A DNA stretch of 64,000 nt from Spirochaetia bacterium (GTDB lineage Bacteria > Spirochaetota > Spirochaetia > CADAEX01): positions 1 to 64,000 of the forward strand of contig CAXXHA010000010.1 in assembly GCA_963662265.2 (NCBI GenBank), in the 5' to 3' direction. The notes under the pieces are model-generated. The model saw only the letters and a list, made by a program, of their open reading frames with translations, was not told the DNA's origin and did not search any database. Shown in pieces: positions 20,903 through 30,592 of this stretch. Position 1 is the first letter of the stretch. Each line of letters opens with the position of its first letter. The translations under genes were made by a program, and so were the position numbers.

Positions 20903-21868
20903 ATGAACAAGGAATACTCATCCAGGATAAACAGGGCGCTTAACCACATAGAGAAAAACCTCTCCAGGGAAATTACACTTGAAGAAATTGCGGAAAAGGC
21001 GCTTTTTTCAAAATACCATTTCCACAGAATATTCTCATCAATTATGGGGGAATCCCTCTTCAGGTATATTCAGAGACTGAGAATTGAAAAAGCCGCCGCA
21101 GAAATAGCGGCAGACAAAGATACACCGATAACTGATATAGCAATGAAATACATGTTTTCCTCCTCCGCTGTCTTTTCCAGGGCTTTCAAGACAAGATTTG
21201 ATATGAGCCCGAGCGAGTGGAGGGACGGAGGATCAAGGGAATACAGCAAAAACAGCAAACTTCAGAGCAGCAGATATCAACAGCTCAGCAAGGAATGCAA
21301 AGAACTCTCATTAAAGGCGGATTACACTGATATCAGATCAAAAAAATGGAGAGTATCAATGAAATCAGAAAAAACAAACCTTGACTATTATGTTGAAGTC
21401 AAAGAAATTGATGAAAAACATCTGGCATATGTGAGGCATACAGGCCCTTACGCCGGAAACAGCGAACTGTTTAAAATGCTTTTCACAAAACTTATGAAGT
21501 GGGCAGGGCCGAGAAACCTGTTTATCCCGGAGAAAACCGAGTTTCTGACAATTTATCACGATTCCCCGGAAATTACAGATGAAGACAAGCTGAGAATAAG
21601 CACATGCATAACAGTACCTGAAGGAACAGATACAGATGGAGAAATCGGGTATATGGATATTAAAAAGGGATTATATGCAATTGCTGAATTCAGGATCGAT
21701 GTAAGTGAATACGGGGATGCATGGAACACTTTCTGCGGAGACTGGCTCCCTGAAAGCGGATACCAGTGCGCTGACGGTCCATGCTACGAACTATATCTCA
21801 ACGAAGCGGATAAAGACCCGGAGGGAAAACACCACATAGCAATCCATATGCCTGTAAAACCACTGTAG
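20903..21868 (+). CDS. AraC-family regulator fused to a GyrI-like effector-binding domain
   Basis: SKYHFHRIF and FSSSAVFSRAFK HTH motifs; RHTGPY, YHDSPEIT and WLPESGY GyrI-like motifs. Confidence 0.9.
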   Translation: MNKEYSSRINRALNHIEKNLSREITLEEIAEKALFSKYHFHRIFSSIMGESLFRYIQRLRIEKAAAEIAADKDTPITDIAMKYMFSSSAVFSRAFKTRFDMSPSEWRDGGSREYSKNSKLQSSRYQQLSKECKELSLKADYTDIRSKKWRVSMKSEKTNLDYYVEVKEIDEKHLAYVRHTGPYAGNSELFKMLFTKLMKWAGPRNLFIPEKTEFLTIYHDSPEITDEDKLRISTCITVPEGTDTDGEIGYMDIKKGLYAIAEFRIDVSEYGDAWNTFCGDWLPESGYQCADGPCYELYLNEADKDPEGKHHIAIHMPVKPL

Positions 21869-22186
21869 ACAGATATTTCAAAAGCAAAAAATACTGCCCT
21901 GCTGTTCAGTAATGAACCGGGGCGGTTTTTTTATGGACACCTCTGAAAACAGCAGTTTTTCCCCGCCCGGCCGGGACAATTACCTTAGATTTTCGCCCAC
22001 AGGGAACCTGTACCCGAAGGGGGGAGTCTATAAGAAAAACTATGTTTTTGTTATACAGGAAATTATTACCACACAAGAGCTTATAGTCTGAATTAGAAAA
22101 AAATGGTGCAAAATAAAACATAGTTTTAAAGATTCCCTTATTTAATTTGACTGAACAGCTTGTTAAGCATTAATATTAATAGTGCT

Positions 22187-23077
22187 ATGAATGGAACAGA
22201 AATTGATAGACTGGAAAAAGAGTACCGGGAATTCGGACCATGGATACTTGAAATAAAATCGGAAGAAGATATACCTGACCTTTTCCGCAAACAATACTCA
22301 TACAGCAGCGATGTGGAATGCGCCTTAAAAATTCCCATCCCCATGGACAGGCGGCAGGCTAAAAAAGGAATGGACTTCTACAGATCCATAGTCTCATTTA
22401 ACAGGGCTGAAATAATAATACTTGAAAAATCCTGGACAGAAATTACTGAAAAAAAGATTCTTTACAAAGATATAAAAGCTGTAAAAAACATGATTGATCT
22501 CCTGGAAGCTTCACTTACACTGTTTACCGCAGATGAAAATTTTTCCATTAAATACAGCTCTGTATCTGAAGAGATTATAAATAATGTCATAACCATACTC
22601 AGAAAAAAATATTCAGAAGATTCAGACCCCTGCCGTATCGAAACAGAATATGAAGGAAAAATAACAGATCAGCTGTTCAGAAACCTTATCAGTATCTCCG
22701 GAAAGAATTATTCGCTTATCCCATTATCGTTTCAGAAAACAACAACTGTAAAAAGGGAAAATACATCGATAAAAGACTACCTGCTGTTTAATTTCAAACT
22801 TGAACTTCAGAGCTACATCTTCATGAGGACAGAGAAAGAGCTTGTTGCGGTTACAAGAAACATGGAAATAAAGAAGAAACGGGCAGTAGATTACAGCTAC
22901 AACTACACATATATACCATTCTCAAATATAGAATTCATCGATTTCATACCTGAACCGGAATTCCCCGATATTTACATACTGAGAATATCTCTTTCAGGTT
23001 CAGCTTCAATCAGCTTTGTTACATCAGAACAGACAAAAAAGGATTTTGCCGAAATAATCGATATATACAGCTACTGA
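22187..23077 (+). CDS. Hypothetical protein
   Basis: Long ORF (EYREFGPWILEI...); ATG at 22187 preferred over TTG at 22160. Confidence 0.65.
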   Translation: MNGTEIDRLEKEYREFGPWILEIKSEEDIPDLFRKQYSYSSDVECALKIPIPMDRRQAKKGMDFYRSIVSFNRAEIIILEKSWTEITEKKILYKDIKAVKNMIDLLEASLTLFTADENFSIKYSSVSEEIINNVITILRKKYSEDSDPCRIETEYEGKITDQLFRNLISISGKNYSLIPLSFQKTTTVKRENTSIKDYLLFNFKLELQSYIFMRTEKELVAVTRNMEIKKKRAVDYSYNYTYIPFSNIEFIDFIPEPEFPDIYILRISLSGSASISFVTSEQTKKDFAEIIDIYSY

Positions 23078-23168
23078 TAAGTTTGACCTGCAGGCTGTAT
23101 CATGAAGCTGCAATTCAGATACTCCTGCAGATAATAATGAGGTTTCCGGTTTAACCTGTTTCAGAAAA

Positions 23169-24008
23169 CTAATACTGCATTTCCTGGAGAGCCCAGAATG
23201 CAGTTGTATTCTCAAGCGCCTTGTTGGCCTTTATATAGTCGAATGCTGTCTTGCCGCTTTTATCCTCGGCAGCAATATCTGATCCTGCCTTGATCAGCAC
23301 ATCAATTATTACAGGATTTCTGTTGAACATTGCAGCAACCATAAGCGGAGTCAGCCCGTTCCTGTCCCTTGCGTTTATATCTGCCCCCATTGTCAGAAGA
23401 AGTGAAATAACATAGGGATTGGTATTATTGCCTGAAGAAATCATGAGGACTGTGCCTCCGTCTGGTGTCGCTGAATTCACATCATACCCGGAATTAATTA
23501 ATTCCAGCACAACCATGGGATTTCTGTTTCTAAGTGCAGCATACATTAAAGGGCTGAACCCGTTACAGGTAACATTCTTATCCGCCCCATGCTGTATCAG
23601 GGTTCTGACAATTTCAGGATTACGGTTATTCATCGAAGCAAGAATTAATGGAGTAAGACCGTCATTTTTAACAGCATTAACATCAGAACCTGCTTTAATG
23701 AGGGATGTAATAACAGCGGTGTTTGTGTTGTTCCAGGATGCAATCATCAATGAAGTGGCTCCCTTGCTGTTTCTGGCATAAATATCTGCGCCTGCATCAA
23801 TAAAAAGCCGCGTGAGGTTTTCATCATAAAAATAAGCGGAAGTATACATAATAGGGGTCCAGCCCCCTTTATCACGGATATTAACATCTGCGCCTTCCTT
23901 TACTGCTGTTTCTATTTTTTTGTAGTCGCCGTTTTTAATAAGATCAAATAAGTTTATTGCAGGAAGGGTCAGAGGAATCAGAAGGAATAAAAAGATCATT
24001 TTTTTCAT
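23169..24008 (-). CDS. Exported ankyrin-repeat protein
   Basis: Signal peptide MKKMIFLFLLIPLTLPA, then about 7 repeats of G.TPLM.A...N.NP.VI..LI..GADVNA. Confidence 0.9.
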   Translation of the reverse strand: MKKMIFLFLLIPLTLPAINLFDLIKNGDYKKIETAVKEGADVNIRDKGGWTPIMYTSAYFYDENLTRLFIDAGADIYARNSKGATSLMIASWNNTNTAVITSLIKAGSDVNAVKNDGLTPLILASMNNRNPEIVRTLIQHGADKNVTCNGFSPLMYAALRNRNPMVVLELINSGYDVNSATPDGGTVLMISSGNNTNPYVISLLLTMGADINARDRNGLTPLMVAAMFNRNPVIIDVLIKAGSDIAAEDKSGKTAFDYIKANKALENTTAFWALQEMQY

Positions 24009-24250
24009 AAATGCTCTTTCAGGGAGGGGCAAAAAGGGACAGACTCCTGATGCCGGCAGGATGCCGGGGGTATTCTGAACCTGTCAGAACCGTTTCGGGA
24101 GAAAATCCTCAAGCAGAACGACTCCCTACTCTAAGTATAAGAAATTTTCCCCGGATTATGAAATATTTACACTGTTTTTAACAAAGATTAAACAAAGCAG
24201 AGATTTTCATCAAATTATTTTGCCTGGAAGAGATTTCAGAATGCCTGATT

Positions 24251-24565
24251 TTACAGACCCAGCTGCTTTTTTCTGTTTAAAAGAACTGTTGTTTCAGCAC
24301 AGGCTGCAAGATCCAGTACACAGGGAGCTGTAAGACGGTATTCAACAAGAGTCCCCTGCTTTTCATCATCAACAAGGCCTGCCTCCTTAAGCTGGGAAAG
24401 ATGCTTGGATGCAGCCGATTTATTAATCCCTATTTCTTCTGCAAGCTCGCAGACACACCTGGGTCTCTCCTTAAGCTTTTCAAGAATAAATACCCTCATC
24501 GGGTGGCCCAGCGCTTTGAACATATGGGCCCTTAAATCACACCGTTTTTTTTCATCTTCAGTCAT
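24251..24565 (-). CDS. ArsR/SmtB-family repressor
   Basis: FKALGHPMR, CVCELA, SAASKHLSQLKEAGLV. Confidence 0.92.
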   Translation of the reverse strand: MTEDEKKRCDLRAHMFKALGHPMRVFILEKLKERPRCVCELAEEIGINKSAASKHLSQLKEAGLVDDEKQGTLVEYRLTAPCVLDLAACAETTVLLNRKKQLGL

Positions 24566-24584
24566 TCAGTTTCCTCAGCATATT

Positions 24585-24663
24585 GTTGCAATGTTTGGAA
24601 ACTTTGTCAATAAAGGACTTGACATCACCGTTGCAAAGTTTCATAATTTGGAAACAAAGCAAC
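24585..24663. promoter_or_regulatory. Divergent promoters with candidate ArsR operator
   Basis: TTGACA 24619-17-CATAAT 24642 on plus and TTGACA at 24610-24605 on minus; imperfect inverted repeat GTTGCAAAGTTTC 24630-24642 / GAAACAAAGCAAC 24651-24663, plus a third half-site GTTGCAATGTTT at 24585-24596. Confidence 0.65.
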
Positions 24664-24758
24664 AAAAAAACAGATGAAACAGGGAAATTATTACTGTTCA
24701 CTGCAGATCTGAAAAACAACCGCTGTCCATCAGACAGAAAATAAAACGGAGAGTGAAT

Positions 24759-24998
24759 ATGAAAGTACAGATACTGGGCGCAGGATGCCCTAAATGCAAG
24801 AAACTCGAGGCAAATGCCAGGGAAGCAATTGAAAGTCTCGGAATTGATGCTGTGACTGAGAAAATTACAGATATAGATGAGATATTCGACATGGGTGTAA
24901 TGATGACACCTGCGCTTGCTGTTGACGGTGATGTAAAAACTGTCGGTCAGCTTCTTTCAAAAGATGAAATCGCAGAAATCCTGAAGGAGGCAGAATAA
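24759..24998 (+). CDS. Small redox-active disulfide protein (thioredoxin-like)
   Basis: ILGAGCPKCKKL...GVMMTPALAVDG. Confidence 0.9.
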   Translation: MKVQILGAGCPKCKKLEANAREAIESLGIDAVTEKITDIDEIFDMGVMMTPALAVDGDVKTVGQLLSKDEIAEILKEAE

Positions 24999-25369
24999 TG
25001 AGCTGTCCATGCTGCTCCGATGGGGCATTAAACCTCCTTTATTCCTGCTCAGGCTCATCAAATACAGGTGAAGCTGCAGATCTTGTAATGAGAAAACTGA
25101 AAAAACTGGAGACAGGAAAGGGAACCTGCCTTGCAGCTGTAGGGGCAGACCTTACAGGATTTCTTGCATCTGCAAGAGCTGCAGATAAAAACATAGTTAT
25201 TGACGGATGCCCTATTGCCTGCGGAAAGAAAATAATGGACAACAAAAACATTGAATATATCCATGTTCTTCTTTCTGAATACGGCATAGAAAAGGGAAAA
25301 ACAGAAATTAAGGAAGAACTTGTAAACAGCATTGCCGGAAAAATAGATTCAGAAATCAGAGAGGCTTAA
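24998..25369 (+). CDS. DGC-domain putative zinc-binding protein
   Basis: YSCSGSSNTG, CLAAVG, VIDGCPIACG. Confidence 0.85.
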   Translation: MSCPCCSDGALNLLYSCSGSSNTGEAADLVMRKLKKLETGKGTCLAAVGADLTGFLASARAADKNIVIDGCPIACGKKIMDNKNIEYIHVLLSEYGIEKGKTEIKEELVNSIAGKIDSEIREA

Positions 25370-25373
25370 CTAT

Positions 25374-26558
25374 ATGGCTAAAAAACAGTTATCAGCAAAC
25401 AATGCTTTGGGACTCACATTCCTGGTGTTTCTCGGAGCCTATTTCATACCTTTCGATTCACCTGAAGTAGGCGACGCTATACTCGAAGCTTTCATGATGC
25501 TGGGAGAATATGCAAGAGAGCATGTCATTCTCTGCCTTGTTCCAGCAATGTTTATAGCAGGGGCAATAACAGTATTTTTAAACCAGAAAGCAGTAATCAG
25601 ATACCTCGGGCCGAAAGCAAGCAAGTTTGCGGCATACGGGGTTGCTTCGGTTTCAGGCGCAATTCTTGCGGTGTGCTCATGTACTATACTTCCCCTCTTC
25701 AAGGGAATATACAAGAAAGGTGCAGGCCTTGGACCAGCAGTAAGCTTTCTCTATTCCGGTCCTGCAATCAATGTCCTTGCAATTGTATTATCCTATAAAG
25801 TATTCGGCTGGCAGCTGGGCCTTGCAAGAATGACAGGGGCTATCCTGTTTGCAGTAGTAATAGGCCTCCTTATGCAGGCGATATTCAGGAAAGAGGATGA
25901 GGCAAGGCTTGAAGATGAGAAAATGTTCAGGTACAAGAGCAAGGAAAAGGAAAGAACTCTATTCCAGATGTCTGTATTCATGTTTTCCATGATCGGTATA
26001 CTTGTGTTTGTAAACTGGGCAGATTCAAAAGGGGGAAGCCGTTTATGGGATTCAATATACAGCCTGAAATACTATATCTCTGCAGCATTTGCAGCTGCCC
26101 TGATCTATTCCCTTGTAAAATGGTTCAACAAGCTTGATATGCAGATCTGGGTAATATCCACACGAGACTTTGCCCTCCAGATTCTCCCCTACCTTTTTAC
26201 AGGGGTGCTTTTTGCCGGATTTCTTCTGGGAAGGCCGGGACACAGCGCGCTGATTCCAACATCATGGGTTGCGTCTCTTGTCGGGGGAAATTCATTATTA
26301 TCAAACCTGATTGCATCAGTTTCCGGGGCATTCATGTATTTTGCGACACTTACAGAAGTTCCAATCATACAGGGGCTCCTGGGAGCCGGCATGGGCAAGG
26401 GACCTGCACTGGCACTCCTTCTTGCAGGACCTTCACTGTCTCTCCCTTCAATCCTTGTAATCAACGGGGAGCTCGGGATTAAAAAGACAGCAGTTTATGT
26501 GATTCTTGTAGTAATTCTTTCAACTTTTGCAGGATGGATTTTCGGAGCAGTTATATAA
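25374..26558 (+). CDS. DUF318/ArsP-like permease
   Basis: LAVCSCTILPLF, FLYSGPAIN, MYFATLTEVPI, LLLAGPSLSLPS; in an operon with the thioredoxin-like and DGC genes. Confidence 0.88.
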   Translation: MAKKQLSANNALGLTFLVFLGAYFIPFDSPEVGDAILEAFMMLGEYAREHVILCLVPAMFIAGAITVFLNQKAVIRYLGPKASKFAAYGVASVSGAILAVCSCTILPLFKGIYKKGAGLGPAVSFLYSGPAINVLAIVLSYKVFGWQLGLARMTGAILFAVVIGLLMQAIFRKEDEARLEDEKMFRYKSKEKERTLFQMSVFMFSMIGILVFVNWADSKGGSRLWDSIYSLKYYISAAFAAALIYSLVKWFNKLDMQIWVISTRDFALQILPYLFTGVLFAGFLLGRPGHSALIPTSWVASLVGGNSLLSNLIASVSGAFMYFATLTEVPIIQGLLGAGMGKGPALALLLAGPSLSLPSILVINGELGIKKTAVYVILVVILSTFAGWIFGAVI

Positions 26559-26855
26559 GGCACTTGTCCGCATTTTGCGAAAAAATAACTCGCACGAGTT
26601 TTAGAGGTGCTTATAAACAAATGTTCATTTCAGAAGAGTCTGGTATATACAAAAAAGAGTCAGATATGTAAAATTACATAATTTTTTTACATGATCCGGC
26701 ATTTAAATCATGTATTTTAAATTTACCTGTCCGGCGGTCTTCACATTTACTTATGAAGAAACCTCCTAAACAGCCGGGCAGGTTTTTTTAAGTCAAAAAT
26801 CAGAAAAAAATCTGTGCTTATAAATATTCCGGGTAAAATCATGAAAAGTGATAAA

Positions 26856-28220
26856 TCAGCTTGAAAACCTCTCCAGGCGGATATTCCTTCCAGGCACTCC
26901 AGTCTTCTTGAGCATCTTTTTTACAGAATCCATAAAGGGGGAAGGGCCGCAGATATAGGCATCTGTCTCTTTCAAAGCCCCGGAATAAATAGCCCCCTTT
27001 ATATCATCAACCCCGATTCTCCGGTTACTGTAGGTATCAGACTCATCCCCGGTTATAAAAATCCTGAGATTAAACGAAGGGTTCCACTCTTCAACACGCT
27101 TCAGAAAGGCAAGATCAATAAGCTCGTTTTCAAACCTGACACTCCACAGAAGAGTTGAGGAAAACGAAAGCCCCTTGATCTCCCAGTCCCTGAGCACGGA
27201 AAGAAACGGCGTAATACCTATGCCGCCTGCAATGAATATTTTCTGCCTGCCGTCAGGCAGCGGGGAAAAAAGCCCGTAGGGACCGTCTACCGCAGCCCTG
27301 TCTCCCGGCTCCAGGGAGGAAAGCTTCATGGTATAATCCCCTCCCCTTTTTACCGTTACAGAAATATCACTCTCTGCAGGGGAAGATGAAACAGTAAACG
27401 GATGCTCTTCAGATGCAACTACACGGGAGAAAAATCTGAAACACGCGAACTGCCCTGAACGGAAAATAAAACGCTCATGCACAGGAGACTCCTGGCTGAG
27501 CCTTATCCTGACAACAGAGGAAGAAAGATCTTCAACCCCGGACACAGAAAAAAGCTTACGCGGCTTCATAATCTTCCTGAAGAGAAGATGGTAAAAATAG
27601 AGGGCAACTGCCGCAGCTCCGTAAAATCCCATTGCCGATATTCTACAGGCATTTTCAGATGTCGAATAAGCAAGAAGAACATGGACAATAAGAAAAACAT
27701 GGGCAAGAGGGAAAAAATTATGAATTATCCTGGCTTTTGAATAATCTATCCCGGCGGCTTTATTGATAATCTTCTTCAAACCTGCAAAACCGGGCACTGG
27801 AACAACCGGTTTTTCAACCATGTAAAGAAACGTTATAAACATAATCAAAGTAAAAAGAATAAGAGCTGAAAACCCTGCAGATGGCTGAAGAGATAAAGAT
27901 TCAACATATGTCTTTTTTATAAAATAATGGATAATTCCGAAAACAATACCAGAGGATGCAATATACCCGTGAACTCTTATAACCCTGTCCTGCCCTATAA
28001 GAATGTCGAAAAGCTTTACCCTTCCCGAAAGGATAAGGGCTGCACACAGCCAGCAGTATCCTGTAATACCGAAGAACATTCCAACTGTATAATCATGAAA
28101 AAAGGAATACCAGTTGCCGGCAAGATAGAAGTTCAGAAAAATAAAAGGGTGAAATATAAGTACAAAATAGAAGAGGACTTTTAAAAATCTTATATTATTT
28201 GCACGGCGGCTATTCATCAT
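26856..28220 (-). CDS. Ferric-reductase-like membrane oxidoreductase (heme TM domain plus FAD/NAD domain)
   Basis: TM helices with conserved His, EEHPFTVSS, VDGPYG, IAGGIGITPF, YICGP. Confidence 0.88.
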   Translation of the reverse strand: MMNSRRANNIRFLKVLFYFVLIFHPFIFLNFYLAGNWYSFFHDYTVGMFFGITGYCWLCAALILSGRVKLFDILIGQDRVIRVHGYIASSGIVFGIIHYFIKKTYVESLSLQPSAGFSALILFTLIMFITFLYMVEKPVVPVPGFAGLKKIINKAAGIDYSKARIIHNFFPLAHVFLIVHVLLAYSTSENACRISAMGFYGAAAVALYFYHLLFRKIMKPRKLFSVSGVEDLSSSVVRIRLSQESPVHERFIFRSGQFACFRFFSRVVASEEHPFTVSSSPAESDISVTVKRGGDYTMKLSSLEPGDRAAVDGPYGLFSPLPDGRQKIFIAGGIGITPFLSVLRDWEIKGLSFSSTLLWSVRFENELIDLAFLKRVEEWNPSFNLRIFITGDESDTYSNRRIGVDDIKGAIYSGALKETDAYICGPSPFMDSVKKMLKKTGVPGRNIRLERFSS

Positions 28221-28243
28221 TCATATAAATTTTCACTGAACCT

Positions 28244-28684
28244 TTACTTTTTAAGCAAAAGATCAATATATTTTTCTGCAAGAGAGGATGCAAGAGAGGG
28301 CTTTGATGCAGAAGATACAGAATCAACATCCACCTGCTCCTTCCACTTCTTTATCTTAGTTGTATGAAGAAGAATATTTTTACTGTTCCTGTTGGCATGG
28401 AGCCACTCCACAACCCACGGCCTTACCTTCGAATTGACTCCGGAATTTGTAATAAAGACATAGTCAAAATCGGATGCCCTGTAGTTTTTAAGCTCTTTTT
28501 TATGATTATCGACAACAGTGACTTCAAAAGATTTTTTCTCCAGCCTGTCTGTCATTTCCGCAATAAGCTCTTTCTTGAATTTTGTCTTTTCCATTGCAAG
28601 CAGAACTTTTTTCATTCCGTCCTGGGCAGAGGCAGAGGCAGCAAATAAAGCTATCAGCATTATTAAAAGATATTTTTTTTTCAT
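28244..28684 (-). CDS. Hypothetical secreted protein
   Basis: GGAG RBS, signal peptide MKKKYLLIMLIALFAASASA. Confidence 0.7.
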   Translation of the reverse strand: MKKKYLLIMLIALFAASASAQDGMKKVLLAMEKTKFKKELIAEMTDRLEKKSFEVTVVDNHKKELKNYRASDFDYVFITNSGVNSKVRPWVVEWLHANRNSKNILLHTTKIKKWKEQVDVDSVSSASKPSLASSLAEKYIDLLLKK

Positions 28685-28876
28685 TATAAATACTCCCTGA
28701 TAAATAATCTTGAAAAGCATGAGGATGAAAAGATTTTATATTAAAAAGTATAGCTTTATGGCGGGAATTATCAAATGAAAGATAAATATTTTCTGTTATT
28801 CAGATTAAGTATATTCATAAAAAGCAAAATGCGGTGACAGAAACATTTCCGTCCTAACAAAAATAACTGCAAAAAA

Positions 28877-28906
28877 ATCCCGGTTGGAATAAAAACCAAC
28901 CGGGAT
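28877..28906 (-). terminator. Terminator after the metal-binding protein gene
   Basis: ATCCCGGTTGG/CCAACCGGGAT stem with an A-run on its left (U-tail on the minus strand). Confidence 0.75.
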
Positions 28907-28931
28907 ATAAAAATACATTCAGCAGTTTCAG

Positions 28932-29924
28932 TTAAAAAACCTCTTTAATTCCACTGGCAATACTATCAATTGTTTCAAGATAATCAGGATTTAATGGATT
29001 CAGCATCAGAACCTTTCCCCCGATTGCATCGGCTATCACTTCAGCGCTCTTTCTGGAAAATTCCGGCTGGGCAATAATTATTTTTATCCCCTCTTCCCTT
29101 GCCTCTGTAATTATATTCTCAAGGTATGCAGGGGACGGTTCCTTGCCGCCTGATTCAATAGCAAGCTGAACAAGACCGAATTCATCTGCAAAATATCCGA
29201 ACGAAGGGTGAAATACGATAAATCGCTTTCCCCTGTACGGATCAAGCACAGCTTTTATCCTTTTGTATTCTGTATCGATTTCCTTCTTTATTTTTTCAGA
29301 ATTACTGTCATAGTATTCACTGTTTTCAGGATCAATCTCCTTAAGGGTTGTACAGATGTTGTCTATTATTATTTTAGAAGCATTCATTGACAACCATACA
29401 TGGGGATCATCGTTATTCAGATGTTCGTCATGCTCATCATGTTCAGCAATGCCTGTTTCCGGCTCAGACTCATGGTGTTCCTGCTCATCCGCATGGATAC
29501 CCTCTGTATCGGAATGATCTTCCTCCCCATCATGTCCGTGATCCTCTTCAGAATGATGGTGGCTTTCAATTTTCCTCTTTTTGATGTTGTCTGAAACATC
29601 TTTTATTTTAAGACCTTTCAAACTGCTTTCCACATTATCAATAAAGCTCTTCTCGAACGGAACCCCGATCCTGAAAAAAAGATCTGAACTGCTCAAGGCT
29701 ATAACCTGGGAAGGTGTAGGTTCATATGTTGCTGGACTTTTCCCGGGGAGAACAAGAATATCAACAGAAACTTTATCGCCTCCCACTTTCTCTATAAAAT
29801 ATTTAAGCGGAATAATACTTGCAAATATCTTAATCCTGCCGTCGTCTGTATCGCTGCTTTTGCCGGAACAGGATGAAACACCCAGCAGAGCCAGCACAAT
29901 AAGTATTAATAAACTTTTTTTCAA
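28932..29924 (-). CDS. znuA: Zinc ABC-type substrate-binding lipoprotein with long His/Glu-rich loop
   Basis: TTG start, lipobox VSSC, SPATYEPTP, HHHSEEDHGHD loop, DPHVWLS, FHPSFGYF. Confidence 0.85.
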   Translation of the reverse strand: MKKSLLILIVLALLGVSSCSGKSSDTDDGRIKIFASIIPLKYFIEKVGGDKVSVDILVLPGKSPATYEPTPSQVIALSSSDLFFRIGVPFEKSFIDNVESSLKGLKIKDVSDNIKKRKIESHHHSEEDHGHDGEEDHSDTEGIHADEQEHHESEPETGIAEHDEHDEHLNNDDPHVWLSMNASKIIIDNICTTLKEIDPENSEYYDSNSEKIKKEIDTEYKRIKAVLDPYRGKRFIVFHPSFGYFADEFGLVQLAIESGGKEPSPAYLENIITEAREEGIKIIIAQPEFSRKSAEVIADAIGGKVLMLNPLNPDYLETIDSIASGIKEVF

Positions 29925-29926
29925 CT

Positions 29927-30196
29927 CTATACTCCTTTATCACTTATACTTTCGTGGTTACACTTAATATAAAGCTCATCACAGTCATGACATCTTATAA
30001 CCTGGTGCTCCTCCTGGAATTTATCCCAATGCTCTTTCTGATTCGCATTAAGTATCCCGGTTCCGCTGCATAACGGGCAGATGCAGTCCATAGCCTTTAA
30101 TATTGAATTCCTTATAAAATCAGATTTGTTAGGTATTTTATTGAGAAGCTCCTCAATTTCAGGATCTACCTTGAAAGTTATGACTTTCTGCTTCAT
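29927..30196 (-). CDS. CopG/ribbon-helix-helix regulator with Cys/His-rich C-terminus
   Basis: GGAGG RBS; VITFKVD...NKSDFIRNSI RHH pattern, then CICPLCSGTG...HW...H...CHDC...CNH. Confidence 0.8.
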   Translation of the reverse strand: MKQKVITFKVDPEIEELLNKIPNKSDFIRNSILKAMDCICPLCSGTGILNANQKEHWDKFQEEHQVIRCHDCDELYIKCNHESISDKGV

Positions 30197-30213
30197 ATAT
30201 CCTCCCATTTCTG

Positions 30214-30230
30214 GTATTACTTAGTAATAC
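30214..30230. promoter_or_regulatory. Palindromic operator, copy 1
   Basis: GTATTAC-TTA-GTAATAC between TTGACA (minus, 30264-30259) and the RHH gene RBS. Confidence 0.8.
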
Positions 30231-30498
30231 TTATATTAATAAGACAATCAAAGCATTTTGTCAATAAGAAAGAGACAGACCCAGGGACACGGCAAATCCG
30301 GATTAAAAATAAAAAAGGATTATACGTGCCGAAGAACAGCTTCAGGATGTAAAGGGAGATAAAAAATACCTGATGCGCGCATGCAGGCAGGAAAGAATCC
30401 GGCTTGATCTGCAGCCACAGCACCAACCTTTTAAATTAGCAGGACAAAGCGGGATCATGTTTATTGACTGTAAACAGGTTTTATAATAATATTCACAA

Positions 30499-30515
30499 GT
30501 ATTACTTAGTAATAC
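30499..30515. promoter_or_regulatory. Palindromic operator, copy 2
   Basis: Identical 17-mer just downstream of TTGACT 30464-17-TAATAT 30487. Confidence 0.8.
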
Positions 30516-30592
30516 CATCAATTCTGCATATATTTCAATTCCTGCAGAATCAGTCCCGGGTATATTTTAAAAAGCCTGATACGGAAAAATAG

